Assembly: GCA_949288805.1 (NCBI GenBank)
Contig: CASELL010000006.1
Coordinates: 15,035-79,034, forward strand
Origin: an uncultured Alphaproteobacteria bacterium
GTDB taxonomy: Bacteria > Pseudomonadota > Alphaproteobacteria > Rickettsiales > UBA1997
DNA length: 64,000 bases
Direction: 5' to 3'
Positions 52,453 to 64,000 of the stretch are shown piece after piece. The position numbers and the translations under genes were made by a program. Every line of letters starts with the position of its first letter. The stretch's first letter is position 1. The notes beneath the pieces were generated by a model, which saw nothing but the letters and a program-made list of their open reading frames with translations, made no database searches and was not told the DNA's origin.

Positions 52453-53405
52453 TTTATTTTTGCCAAAGGGTGATAATTTTCTATTGTTTTTTTAGCAATA
52501 TTATTATTTATATGTGTATATATTTGAGTTGTAGATATATCGGCATGCCCTAATATTTGTTGTATTATTCTAATATCAACCCCATTTTTTAATAAGTGTG
52601 TCGCTATTGAATGTCTAATTATATGTGGCGATATTTTTTCTGGATTTATACCAATACTAATAGCAATATCTTTTAAATGTCTAGCAAAAACTTGTCTGGT
52701 TATATGATTATCTGTTTTTTTATATTTAATTTTAGTTGTTTTATTTTTACTAAAAATTACTTTTGTAGTAAAAAGATATTTAGAATAATTACCATTAAGT
52801 AAAGTATCTCTCAATTTTAAATATTTTTCTAAAATATCAATTGCAGTTTCTGTTATTGGAACTATTCTTTCTTTATTTCCTTTACCAATTATTCTTATAC
52901 TATTTTGTATTTTATAAGAATTATTTTTTAAATTAAAATCTTTTTCAATATTTTCTATTGAAACCAATTCAGAAACTCTCATTCCAGTAGCATATAACAA
53001 TTCCAACATACAATAAAATTGTATACCATGATTACTATCATCTTGTTTTGCCTTATTTAATAATTTATCAATTTCTTCTTCCGTTAAGAAAGTTGGCAAA
53101 TTTAGTTTTTGTTTTTTATGTTCTATTAAGGTACTAGGAGTATGTTTTATAATTTTTTCTAGTTGTAAAAAATCATAAAAGTGTTTTATACTTGATATAT
53201 TTCTATCAACTGTTCTTGGGGAAAAACTTGTTGATAAATAATTTATATAACTTTCTAAATCTTTTTGTTCTAAATATAAAATATCTTTGTTTTTAAAATA
53301 TTCTTCAAGTTTTATAATATCTCTTTTATAGGCATCTAATGTATTTTTACTTAATCCTTCGGTTGTTAAAATTGAATTTAAAAACAACATTAAATATTTA
53401 TTCAT
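52437..53405 (-). CDS. xerD: Tyrosine recombinase XerD
   Basis: LYATGMRVSELV, GKGNKERIVP, SPHIIRH, LGHADISTTQIYTH, HP tail. Confidence 0.88.
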   Translation of the reverse strand: MNKYLMLFLNSILTTEGLSKNTLDAYKRDIIKLEEYFKNKDILYLEQKDLESYINYLSTSFSPRTVDRNISSIKHFYDFLQLEKIIKHTPSTLIEHKKQKLNLPTFLTEEEIDKLLNKAKQDDSNHGIQFYCMLELLYATGMRVSELVSIENIEKDFNLKNNSYKIQNSIRIIGKGNKERIVPITETAIDILEKYLKLRDTLLNGNYSKYLFTTKVIFSKNKTTKIKYKKTDNHITRQVFARHLKDIAISIGINPEKISPHIIRHSIATHLLKNGVDIRIIQQILGHADISTTQIYTHINNNIAKKTIENYHPLAKIKNVEL

Positions 53406-53727
53406 AAGATCTTATTTTACTAATATATTTTAATTCTCTCACAGTTTCTGAATTTGAAGTTATAATTTTATCTTGGCTAAACAAAGTATATATAAAAACA
53501 ATAAAAAAAACCAGATATAATATAACCAAAACCTGTTTAAATATTTTTGAAACTTCTTTTATTGTTGATAAATAGAAAATAAAAATTAAAGGTAAGAATG
53601 TTATAATTATTAATACTTTTAATGTTTTTTGTGTATATTTTTTAAATATGTTTTTATTTTTATAGACAGCAAAGTCTATACTATTGATATTTTCTAATTG
53701 TTTAGTTTTTTTTTCAAAAAAATTCAT
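53398..53727 (-). CDS. Hypothetical two-TM membrane protein
   Basis: 109-aa ORF overlapping the xerD start. Confidence 0.55.
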   Translation of the reverse strand: MNFFEKKTKQLENINSIDFAVYKNKNIFKKYTQKTLKVLIIITFLPLIFIFYLSTIKEVSKIFKQVLVILYLVFFIVFIYTLFSQDKIITSNSETVRELKYISKIRSYE

Positions 53728-53881
53728 TTTATGTTTTTTTAATTACATAATTAATAATATTTTAAAAAAATAAAAAAACAAATATTTTTTTCTTGATTTT
53801 TAAAAAATAATATTTATTATAAGAGTAATTGTATTAATTCTGACTACTTCGCCTGAAGTAGGAGAAAATATACTCATAATA

Positions 53882-53955
53882 GCGGGTGTAGCTCAATGGT
53901 AGAGCACTAGCCTTCCAAGCTAGCCACGTGGGTTCGATTCCCATCACCCGCACCA
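53882..53955 (+). tRNA. tRNA-Gly(TCC)
   Basis: CTAGC-CTTCCAA-GCTAG, CCA. Confidence 0.96.
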
Positions 53956-53982
53956 TTATTAATTTTTAAAAAGAAAAAAATT

Positions 53983-55176
53983 ATGTGTAAAGAAACTTTC
54001 CAAAGAACAAAGCCGCATGTTAACATCGGTACTATTGGTCACGTTGACCACGGTAAAACAACTTTAACAGCTGCTATTACTACTGTATTAGCTAAACAAA
54101 ACAAAAATATAGTTGTTAGAGGTTATGATGAAATCGATAACGCTCCAGAAGAAAAAGAAAGAGGTATTACAATTAATACTGCTCACGTTGAATATGAAAC
54201 AGCAAATAGACACTATGCTCACGTAGACTGTCCTGGACACGCTGACTATGTTAAAAACATGATTACAGGTGCTGCTCAAATGGATGGTGCTATCTTAGTA
54301 GTTTCTGCTGCTGATGGTCCTATGCCTCAAACTAGAGAACATATCTTATTAGCAAAACAAGTTGGTGTTCCTTACATCGTTGTTTTCTTAAACAAAGTAG
54401 ATATGGTTGATGATCCAGAATTATTAGATTTAGTTGAAATGGAAGTTAGAGAATTATTAACTTCTTATGGTTTCCCAGGTGATGATACTCCTATTATTAA
54501 AGGTTCAGCTTTAAAAGCTCTTGAAGGTGATACAAGTGATATCGGTGAAGGTGCTATTTTAAAATTAATGGAAGCTGTTGATGCTTACATTCCTGAACCA
54601 AAAAGACCTATTGATGGCGACTTCTTAATGCCTATTGAAGACGTTTTCTCAATTTCAGGAAGAGGAACAGTTGTTACAGGTAGAATAGAAAGAGGTGTTA
54701 TTAAAGTTGGTGAAGAAGTTGAAATAGTTGGTTTGAGAGATACTCAAAAGACAACTTGTACAGGTGTTGAAATGTTTAGAAAACTTCTTGAACAAGGTCA
54801 AGCAGGCGATAATGTTGGTATTCTTTTAAGAGGTACAAAGAGAGAAGATGTTGAAAGAGGTCAAGTTCTTTGTAAACCAGGAAGCATTCACCCACATACA
54901 AAATTCAAAGCTGAAATATATGTTTTGACTAAAGAAGAAGGTGGTAGACATACTCCATTCTTTAAAAATTACAGACCACAATTCTATTTCAGAACAACAG
55001 ATGTTACTGGTGCTGTTACATTACCAGATGGTGTAGAAATGGTTATGCCAGGTGATAATGTTAAATTAGAAATTCACTTAATTGCTCCTATTGCTATGGA
55101 AAAAGGTCAAAAATTCGCTATAAGAGAAGGTGGCCATACAGTTGGTGCTGGTGTAGTTAGTGAAATTATTGAATAG
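53983..55176 (+). CDS. tuf: Elongation factor Tu
   Basis: [22 protein letters not shown]. Confidence 0.99.
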   Translation: MCKETFQRTKPHVNIGTIGHVDHGKTTLTAAITTVLAKQNKNIVVRGYDEIDNAPEEKERGITINTAHVEYETANRHYAHVDCPGHADYVKNMITGAAQMDGAILVVSAADGPMPQTREHILLAKQVGVPYIVVFLNKVDMVDDPELLDLVEMEVRELLTSYGFPGDDTPIIKGSALKALEGDTSDIGEGAILKLMEAVDAYIPEPKRPIDGDFLMPIEDVFSISGRGTVVTGRIERGVIKVGEEVEIVGLRDTQKTTCTGVEMFRKLLEQGQAGDNVGILLRGTKREDVERGQVLCKPGSIHPHTKFKAEIYVLTKEEGGRHTPFFKNYRPQFYFRTTDVTGAVTLPDGVEMVMPGDNVKLEIHLIAPIAMEKGQKFAIREGGHTVGAGVVSEIIE

Positions 55177-55187
55177 TTTTATTAATT

Positions 55188-55212
55188 AGTCCCTATGAAA
55201 ATAGGGACTTTT
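55188..55212 (+). terminator. Hairpin after tuf
   Basis: AGTCCCTAT-GAAA-ATAGGGACT-TTT. Confidence 0.6.
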
Positions 55213-55288
55213 AGGGGTATAGCTCAGCTGGTAGAGTAGCGGTCTCCAAAACCGTCGGTCGAGGGTTCGAATCCTTCTGCCCCTGCCA
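55213..55288 (+). tRNA. tRNA-Trp(CCA)
   Basis: GCGGT-CTCCAAA-ACCGT, CCA end. Confidence 0.96.
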
Positions 55289-55305
55289 ATGTTTATAGTT
55301 AGTTT

Positions 55306-55491
55306 ATGAGATTATTAAATTATTTTAGAGATGTTATAAAAGAGGCAAAAAACGTTAATTTTCCATCATATAAAGATGTTAAAATTACATCTATTATAAT
55401 TTTAATTTTATTACTTTTATTTATGATGTTTATTGGTTTTTCCGATTTTATTATTTCTAAATTGATAAAAATGTTTTTGGGTATTATATAA
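55306..55491 (+). CDS. secE: SecE
   Basis: EAKNVNFPS plus one TM; located between tRNA-Trp and nusG. Confidence 0.88.
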   Translation: MRLLNYFRDVIKEAKNVNFPSYKDVKITSIIILILLLLFMMFIGFSDFIISKLIKMFLGII

Positions 55492-56012
55492 TGGATTTCA
55501 AATGGTATACACTTGCAGTTTATTCAGGAAGCGAAGCAAAAGTTGCTAAAGATATTAATAAATTAGCTGAGGTTGATGTTGAAAATATAAAAGAGGCTTT
55601 TGTTCCTGTTAAAAAAATATTTAAAGTTGTAAAAGGCAAGAAAGTTGAATCAACTCAAAAAGTTTTTCCTAATTATATATTTGTTAATATTATAGCAAAT
55701 AGAAATACTATTGATAAATTGAGAACCTTACCTAAGGTTATGGGTTTTTTAGGAAACAATCCATTAAAACCAGAAATTGTTTCAGAAGATAAAATAAAAA
55801 AAATGAAACAAGAAGCAGAAGAGGACTTAGTTTTTGAAGACGATAAGTTTGAAGTTGGAGAAACTGTTAGAATTAAAGATGGACATTTTGAATCCTTTAC
55901 TGGTGTTATAGAAAGTAAAGATGATAGTAAGAATATTTTGAGGATTGCTATATCAATATTTGGTAGAACTACTAATATAGATATTGATTCTTCAAAAGTA
56001 GAAAAAATTTGA
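55491..56012 (+). CDS. nusG: NusG
   Basis: WYTLAVYSGSE, FPNYIFV, KOW, IFGRTT. Confidence 0.96.
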   Translation: MDFKWYTLAVYSGSEAKVAKDINKLAEVDVENIKEAFVPVKKIFKVVKGKKVESTQKVFPNYIFVNIIANRNTIDKLRTLPKVMGFLGNNPLKPEIVSEDKIKKMKQEAEEDLVFEDDKFEVGETVRIKDGHFESFTGVIESKDDSKNILRIAISIFGRTTNIDIDSSKVEKI

Positions 56013-56045
56013 TTATTTTTTTATTAACTTTTAAAGTGTGGAATT

Positions 56046-56483
56046 ATGGCTCCTAAAAAGGAAATTATAGCTACAATTAGTTTACAGGTTCCAGTTGCGA
56101 AAGCAAATCCTGCACCACCTATTGGTCCTGCTTTGGGTCAAAGAGGTGTTAATATTATGGATTTCTGTAAACAATTTAATGCTTTAAAATTCAATTACGA
56201 AGCAGGTACACCTATACCTGTTGTAATTAGTGTTTATAAAGATAAAAGTTTTTCTTTTATCACAAAAGAACCACCTATGACATATTTAATTAAAAAAGCA
56301 GTAGGTATTAACAAAGGTTCTTCAAATACAGGTAAAGATGTTGCTGGTGTTATTACTACAAAGCAAATTGAAGAAATTGCAAAAATTAAAATGCCAGACA
56401 TGAATACGAAAGACATTAAAGCTTGTATGGAAATGGTAAAAGGTTCTGCTTTATCTATGGGTTTACAAGTAAAAGAGGATTAG
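56046..56483 (+). CDS. rplK: 50S protein uL11
   Basis: ANPAPPIGPALGQ, FCKQFNA. Confidence 0.97.
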   Translation: MAPKKEIIATISLQVPVAKANPAPPIGPALGQRGVNIMDFCKQFNALKFNYEAGTPIPVVISVYKDKSFSFITKEPPMTYLIKKAVGINKGSSNTGKDVAGVITTKQIEEIAKIKMPDMNTKDIKACMEMVKGSALSMGLQVKED

Positions 56484-56486
56484 TTT

Positions 56487-57152
56487 ATGGAAGAAAAAAA
56501 GATATATGATATAGCTACCGCCGTTAACTTGATAAAAGAAAACTCTGAGAAAAAACCTAGAAAGTTTGTTGAGACAGTTGATTTAATATTTAACTTAAAT
56601 ATTGATCCAAAACAATCTAATCAAAATATTAGAGGTTCTGTTGCTTTACCTGCTGGTTCAGGAAAAACTGTAAAAATAGTTGTTTTTACTGATGACGAAT
56701 CTTTACAAAAAGAGTCTTTAAAAGCAGGAGCTGTAAAAGCTGGATTAACTGAATTAATGGCAGAGATTGAGGCTGGCTATTTAGATTTTGATTACTGTAT
56801 AGCTACACCTGAAGCTATGAAAAGTTTAAGTAAAGTAGCTAAAAAATTAGGACCTAGAGGTTTAATGCCAAATCCTAAAAACGGTAATGTTACAGATGAT
56901 GTACTTGGAGCTATTAAATTAGCTTTAAAAGGTAAAATTAATTTTAAGAATGATAAATTCGGTATAGTTCATACTATGGTTGGTAAAGTTAATTTTTCAA
57001 ACGAAGATTTAATAACTAATATTAAAGCAGTTATAGCTGCAATTAAGGAATCTAAACCAGAAGTTATTAAAAATAAATATATTAAGTCTGTTTATTTAAC
57101 TACAACTATGGGGCCCTCTGTGGCTATTGACATAACAAATAGCGGAGAATAG
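56487..57152 (+). CDS. rplA: 50S protein uL1
   Basis: KFVETVD, LGPRGLMPNPK, TTMGP. Confidence 0.97.
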   Translation: MEEKKIYDIATAVNLIKENSEKKPRKFVETVDLIFNLNIDPKQSNQNIRGSVALPAGSGKTVKIVVFTDDESLQKESLKAGAVKAGLTELMAEIEAGYLDFDYCIATPEAMKSLSKVAKKLGPRGLMPNPKNGNVTDDVLGAIKLALKGKINFKNDKFGIVHTMVGKVNFSNEDLITNIKAVIAAIKESKPEVIKNKYIKSVYLTTTMGPSVAIDITNSGE

Positions 57153-57154
57153 TT

Positions 57155-57637
57155 ATGAATAAAACAGAAAAACAAAGTTCTATAGAATTAGCAAAGAGTA
57201 TTTTATCAGAAAATCAAATGTGTATTCTTTTTAACTATAAAGGTTTAAATGCTGTCGATGTAGTTAAATTAAGAAATGATTTAAAAGATAAAAATGCTAA
57301 TATGAAGATTTTAAAAAATACATTATTTAAGAAAGCTATTGAAGGAACTGAATTTGCTTTTTTGGATAAATATTTTCAAGATCAAGTAGCAATATCTTAT
57401 TCTAAAGACCCTATTTCTTTATCAAATGTTTTAAATAATTTTGCTAAGGGCAATGATAATATTAAAATAATTGTTGCTTCTTTGGATGGTAAAGAAACAA
57501 ACATTAATACCGTTGAAGAACTAGCTTCTTTGGGTTCATTAGACGATGTAAGAGCAAGATTTATTGGAGTGTTGAGAGCACCTGGTTCACAATTAGCTAG
57601 AGTGTTGACAGCCTACAAAGAAAAATTAGAAGCTTAA
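57155..57637 (+). CDS. rplJ: 50S protein uL10
   Basis: YKGL, KNTLF, operon order. Confidence 0.93.
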   Translation: MNKTEKQSSIELAKSILSENQMCILFNYKGLNAVDVVKLRNDLKDKNANMKILKNTLFKKAIEGTEFAFLDKYFQDQVAISYSKDPISLSNVLNNFAKGNDNIKIIVASLDGKETNINTVEELASLGSLDDVRARFIGVLRAPGSQLARVLTAYKEKLEA

Positions 57638-57668
57638 TTTATTTATTAACAATTAAAAAGGTTATAAA

Positions 57669-58037
57669 ATGACTGAAAAATTAGAAAAAATAGTTGAAGA
57701 ATTATCAACTTTAAGCGCATTAGAAGTTGCTGAATTAGCAAAAATGTTAGAAGAAAAATGGGGTGTTACTGCAGCTGTTGCTGTTGCTGCTGCTCCTGCT
57801 GGCGGTGCTGCTGCTGCTGAAGAAAAAGATGAATTCACAGTTGTATTAGAATCTGCTGGTGATAACAAAATTAATGTTATTAAAGAAATTAGAACTATTA
57901 CAGGTCTTGGATTAAAAGAAGCTAAAGATCTAGTTGATGGTGCTCCTAAAACAGTTAAAGAATCAGTTAAAAAAGAAGAAGCAGAAGAGATAAAGAAAAA
58001 ATTAGAAGCAGCAGGTGCTACTGTTAAATTATCTTAG
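57669..58037 (+). CDS. rplL: 50S protein bL12
   Basis: Ala-rich hinge, [11 protein letters not shown]. Confidence 0.97.
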   Translation: MTEKLEKIVEELSTLSALEVAELAKMLEEKWGVTAAVAVAAAPAGGAAAAEEKDEFTVVLESAGDNKINVIKEIRTITGLGLKEAKDLVDGAPKTVKESVKKEEAEEIKKKLEAAGATVKLS

Positions 58038-58047
58038 TATTTTTTAG

Positions 58048-58072
58048 TAGAGTCTATTAAAAATAGACTCTA
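58048..58072 (+). terminator. Attenuator-like hairpin between rplL and rpoB
   Basis: TAGAGTCTATT-AAA-AATAGACTCTA. Confidence 0.55.
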
Positions 58073-58109
58073 TATTTATGATTCTTTTAACAATTAAAAA
58101 GGTAATTAA

Positions 58110-61100
58110 GTGAAAACTTTTAATAATTCTAATTGTACATTAAGAAGAAGTTTTTCTAACAGGGTAGATGATAATTTTATCCCTGATTTAATTTTTTTAC
58201 AAAAAGATTCTTTTGATTCTTTTATATGCCTTGATAATAATGATGAAGAAAAGAAAAAATCCTCTAAAGTTCAAGAAGTTTTAGAGTCTTTTTTCCCTTT
58301 AACAGATAATAATAAAAATATAGTTTTAGAATTTATAAATTACAGAGTTGGCGATATAAAATATAATGTAAAAGAATGTATTAATTCTGGTAGGACTTAT
58401 TCTGTTCCTTTACATGCTATGTTAAGACTTTTAGTTCTTACTGATGAAGGAAACAAAAAAGAAATAAAAGCAATAAAAGAACAAGAAGTTTTTTTATGTG
58501 ATATGCCTCTAATGACTAACAACGGAACTTTTATTATTAATGGTATAGAAAGAGTTGTTGTTTCTCAAATGAGAAGAGCGCCAGGGGTATTTTTTGATAG
58601 CGAAGATTCTAAAATGTTTGCTGGCAAAAGCTATACAGCAAAAATAATTCCTATTGCAGGATCTTGGCTTGATTTCGAATATGATGGTATGGACTTATTA
58701 TATTTTAGAATAGATAAGAAAAGAAAGATACCAATTAGTTATTTGTTTAAAATATTAGGAATGTCATTTCAAGATGTATTATCATACTATTATAAAGAGT
58801 ATAATTTAGAATATAAAAACAAATACTGGACTATAGATTTTGACTATGACAATTCTTTAGGAAAAAGTTTTGATTACGATATAGTAGATTTTTCTACAAA
58901 AGAGGTTATTATCCCTAGAGGAAGAAAAATTACAAAAGTTCTTTTAAAAAAAATAAAAGATACTGGTTTTGTTAGATATATTATTCCAGATACATCAAAA
59001 GATTCTTTTGTTTTATTAAAAGACATAATTGATAAAGATAGTGGAGAAGTGTTATTCTCTGCTGGAACTTTATTAGATTCTGAAAAACTAAACAATTTAT
59101 CTAAAATAAAAATAAACGAAGTATCTGTAGTTATACCTGAATCTTCTGAAATTGGTCATTATATATATAATAGTTTATTAGTAGAAAAAGATAAGAGTGT
59201 TGAATCTATTTTTTTCGATATTTATAAAATTGTTAGGCTTTCTGAAGAGCCAGCTAATTTTGAGAGCGCTGAAAAGTTTGTTAATGGTTTATTTTTTAGC
59301 AATAAATACAACTTGTCTGACGTAGGTAGGATGAAAGCTAATTATAGACTAGGTATAGATGTTTCTTTGGATACATTACATTTAACAAAAGAAGACATAT
59401 TAGCTACTATAAAAATATTAAATAAACTAAAACATAATGAAGAAAAAACAGACGATATTGACAACTTAGCAAACAGAAGATTAAGATGTACAGGCGAACT
59501 AATGGAGGTTCAGTTTAGAGCTGGTATGGCAAAAGTTGAAAGAACTATTTTAGAAAAAATGAACTCTTTAGAGTCAGAAACAATAGTTCCACAAAACTTA
59601 ATAAATACAAAACCATTGACTAGTACAATAACAGACTTCTTTAATACTTCTCAATTATCTCAGTTTATGGATCAAACTAATCCGTTATCAGAATTGGGTC
59701 ATAAAAGAAGAATTACAGCTTTAGGACCTGGTGGATTGACTAGAGAAAGAGCTGGTTTTGATGTAAGAGATATTCACTATACACATTATGGTAAAATATG
59801 TCCTATTGAATCTCCAGAGGGTGGTAATATTGGTCTTATTAATAGTTTATCAATATTTGCTAGAACTAATAAATATGGTTTTATTGAAACACCATACAGA
59901 AAAGTTAAAAATGGGGTTTTGACGGACGAAGTTGTATATTTATCTGCTATTGAAGAATCTGGTAAAATATTTAGTTCTTATAATGTTGAACTAGACAAAA
60001 ATAATAAAATATTAAATGATCTAGTTATTTGTAGAAAAGATAGTGAAATTATTACTGTAACACCAGAAGAAATTGATTATATCGATATTTCTCCTAGACA
60101 ATTAATATCTGTTGCTACTGGTTTGGTACCTTTCTTAGAAAGTAACGAATCAAGAAGGGTGTCAATGGGTGCGAACATGTTAAAGCAAGCTGTTCCTTTA
60201 ATGAAATTAGAGGCACCTCTTGTTGGAACCGGAGTTGAGAGAATAGTTGCTAAATTTTCAAACTGTGGTGTTGTAGTTGCAGAGAATGATGGTATAGTTA
60301 AATATGTTGATTCTAATAAAATAGTTGTTGAAGAGCTACAAGAAGAGGGTTTATCTAAAATACGAACATACGAATTAGATAAGTATTTAAGAACTAATAA
60401 TGATACAATGCTAAATCAAAATCCTATTGTATCTATAGGACAACAAATCAAAAAAAATGAAGTTATAGCAAATAGTCAAAATATAGATAATGGAGAGTTA
60501 GCATTGGGTAAAAATGTATTAGTTGCTTTCTCTACTTGGGATGGTTATAATTATGAAGACTCAATTTTAATATCTGAAAGATTAGTTAGAGATGATACTT
60601 TTACTTCTATTCATTTAGAAGAGTTTGAAATTGAAGCTAAAGATACAAGATTGGGGCCAGAAGAAATTACAAGAGATATACCTAATGTTAGTGAAGAATT
60701 ATTGAAAAAACTTGACGAAACTGGTATAGTTTATATTGGTGCTCATATTAAACCAGGAGATATTTTAGTTGGTAAAACTACACCTAAAACAGAGGCTCCT
60801 CAAACACCAGAAGAAAAACTTTTAAAGAGTATTTTTGGTGAAAAGGCTATGGATGTTAAAGATTCTTCTTTATATGTTCCACCTAGTGTTGTATCAGGAA
60901 CTGTTATAGATGTAAAAGTTTATACTAGAAATGGTTTAGAAAAAGATGAAAGAGCTAGATTTATAGATAACTGTAAAATTGAAAATTTGGCAAAAAATAG
61001 GGATATAGAAATATCAATATTAAGAAAATCCTTGATAGATAAAATTAAGCCATATATTTTAAATAAACCTATAGACAAAAATATAGACAAATTTAAAAAA

Positions 61101-62186
61101 GGTTCAATTATTACAGATGATTTACTTGATGAATTGTCAAATGCTTCTTTACAAAAAATATCTATTGAAGATAAAGAAGTAATGTCGAAAATATCTGCTT
61201 TATTTAAAGAATTTAAAGATTCTATCGAAAAGAAAGAAAAGATATTTAACGATAACGCTTCAAAAGTTAAAGAGTGTGACGAATTACCACAAGGAACATT
61301 AAAAAAAGTTAAAGTTATTATAGCTACAAAACAAAGAATCCAAGCTGGTGATAAAATGGTCGGTAGATATGGTAATAAAGGTGTTATATCCAAAATTATT
61401 CCAGTTGAAGATATGCCTTATATGGATGATGGAACTCCTATTGATATTTTATTAAGTCCATTAGGTGTTCCTTCTCGTATGAATATTGGACAAGTTTTGG
61501 AAACCCATCTTGGTTTTGCTTCTGTTAAACTTGGCAAACAAATAGAAGAACTATTAAATAACTTTAATAAAGATAGGGCAAAAAAAATTAGAGAGAAATT
61601 ATTAAGAATATACAAAGTAGAAAAAGAAGTTGATTATATAAATTCTTTAAGTGATGACGATCTAATAGAACTTGCCGAAGAGTTAAAGAAAGGTGTTCCT
61701 TTTGAAACCGGTTCTTTTGAAAACATATCTATTGAAACAATAGAAGAATTAATGGAAGAGGCTGGTATAGATAAAATTGGACAAGTTAAATTAATAGATG
61801 GTAGAACAGGTGAATATTTTGACAGACCATTAACAATAGGTTATATGTATATGTTAAAATTACATCACTTAGTTGATAATAAAATCCATGCTAGAGCAAC
61901 TGGTCCTTATAGTTTGATTACTCAACAACCATTAGGTGGCAAGTCTCACTTTGGTGGACAAAGATTTGGAGAAATGGAATGTTGGGCATTACAAGCTTAT
62001 GGTGCAGCCTATACATTACAAGAAATGTTAACAATTAAATCTGATGATATAGTTGGAAGATTGAAAATCTATGAATCTATAGTTCAAGGATCTCAAAGTT
62101 TTACTTGTGGAACTCCTGAATCATTTAACGTAATGGTTAAAGAAGTTAGATCGTTAGGTTTAAATCTTGAACTTATCAAGAAATAA
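58110..62186 (+). CDS. rpoB: RNA polymerase beta subunit (GTG start)
   Basis: GTFIING.ERV, SQFMDQTNPL, GDKM, GGQRFGEME. Confidence 0.98.
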   Translation: MKTFNNSNCTLRRSFSNRVDDNFIPDLIFLQKDSFDSFICLDNNDEEKKKSSKVQEVLESFFPLTDNNKNIVLEFINYRVGDIKYNVKECINSGRTYSVPLHAMLRLLVLTDEGNKKEIKAIKEQEVFLCDMPLMTNNGTFIINGIERVVVSQMRRAPGVFFDSEDSKMFAGKSYTAKIIPIAGSWLDFEYDGMDLLYFRIDKKRKIPISYLFKILGMSFQDVLSYYYKEYNLEYKNKYWTIDFDYDNSLGKSFDYDIVDFSTKEVIIPRGRKITKVLLKKIKDTGFVRYIIPDTSKDSFVLLKDIIDKDSGEVLFSAGTLLDSEKLNNLSKIKINEVSVVIPESSEIGHYIYNSLLVEKDKSVESIFFDIYKIVRLSEEPANFESAEKFVNGLFFSNKYNLSDVGRMKANYRLGIDVSLDTLHLTKEDILATIKILNKLKHNEEKTDDIDNLANRRLRCTGELMEVQFRAGMAKVERTILEKMNSLESETIVPQNLINTKPLTSTITDFFNTSQLSQFMDQTNPLSELGHKRRITALGPGGLTRERAGFDVRDIHYTHYGKICPIESPEGGNIGLINSLSIFARTNKYGFIETPYRKVKNGVLTDEVVYLSAIEESGKIFSSYNVELDKNNKILNDLVICRKDSEIITVTPEEIDYIDISPRQLISVATGLVPFLESNESRRVSMGANMLKQAVPLMKLEAPLVGTGVERIVAKFSNCGVVVAENDGIVKYVDSNKIVVEELQEEGLSKIRTYELDKYLRTNNDTMLNQNPIVSIGQQIKKNEVIANSQNIDNGELALGKNVLVAFSTWDGYNYEDSILISERLVRDDTFTSIHLEEFEIEAKDTRLGPEEITRDIPNVSEELLKKLDETGIVYIGAHIKPGDILVGKTTPKTEAPQTPEEKLLKSIFGEKAMDVKDSSLYVPPSVVSGTVIDVKVYTRNGLEKDERARFIDNCKIENLAKNRDIEISILRKSLIDKIKPYILNKPIDKNIDKFKKGSIITDDLLDELSNASLQKISIEDKEVMSKISALFKEFKDSIEKKEKIFNDNASKVKECDELPQGTLKKVKVIIATKQRIQAGDKMVGRYGNKGVISKIIPVEDMPYMDDGTPIDILLSPLGVPSRMNIGQVLETHLGFASVKLGKQIEELLNNFNKDRAKKIREKLLRIYKVEKEVDYINSLSDDDLIELAEELKKGVPFETGSFENISIETIEELMEEAGIDKIGQVKLIDGRTGEYFDRPLTIGYMYMLKLHHLVDNKIHARATGPYSLITQQPLGGKSHFGGQRFGEMECWALQAYGAAYTLQEMLTIKSDDIVGRLKIYESIVQGSQSFTCGTPESFNVMVKEVRSLGLNLELIKK

Positions 62187-62226
62187 AAATTATTAGAGAG
62201 GAGAAATCTCCTCTCATTATTAATAA

Positions 62227-64000
<1,774 letters not shown>

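Noticed and set aside
52437-53405. Tyrosine recombinase as a prophage or island integrase
   Set aside because: XerD-type signature (TTQIYTH, HP tail); no att repeats or cargo genes seen.

Overview
Very AT-rich chromosomal segment of an alphaproteobacterium, most likely an uncultured Rickettsiales-like lineage (uL14 GGSDHM loop, FzlA, AGGTA-type ribosome-binding sites), read in genetic code 11. It appears to span the replication origin: a dense TTATTAACA box cluster at 20.6-20.9 kb, parAB with two parS sites at 30.2 kb, and genes mostly on - to the left and + to the right. The left part holds an N-type ATPase operon (atpD-C-Q-R-B-E-F-A-G, predicted Na+-coupled), lpxR-like, bioB, serS, and a methyltransferase/nuclease cassette bounded by a perfect 38-bp duplication. 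It also holds an EnvZ-like kinase, fzlA, an LDH/MDH-family enzyme, PilMNOP-like genes, birA, ftsK, a degenerate sigma54-type activator, a degenerate MurD, ligA, and a stand-alone trpB preceded by an unannotated WCWC leader peptide. The right part holds the S10-spc-alpha ribosomal protein superoperon with rplS appended, rpsD, xerD and tRNA-Gly-tuf-tRNA-Trp-secE-nusG-rplKAJL-rpoBC. Six tRNAs were found, and no CRISPR array, IS or prophage. All calls come from reading motifs by eye; no searches were run.
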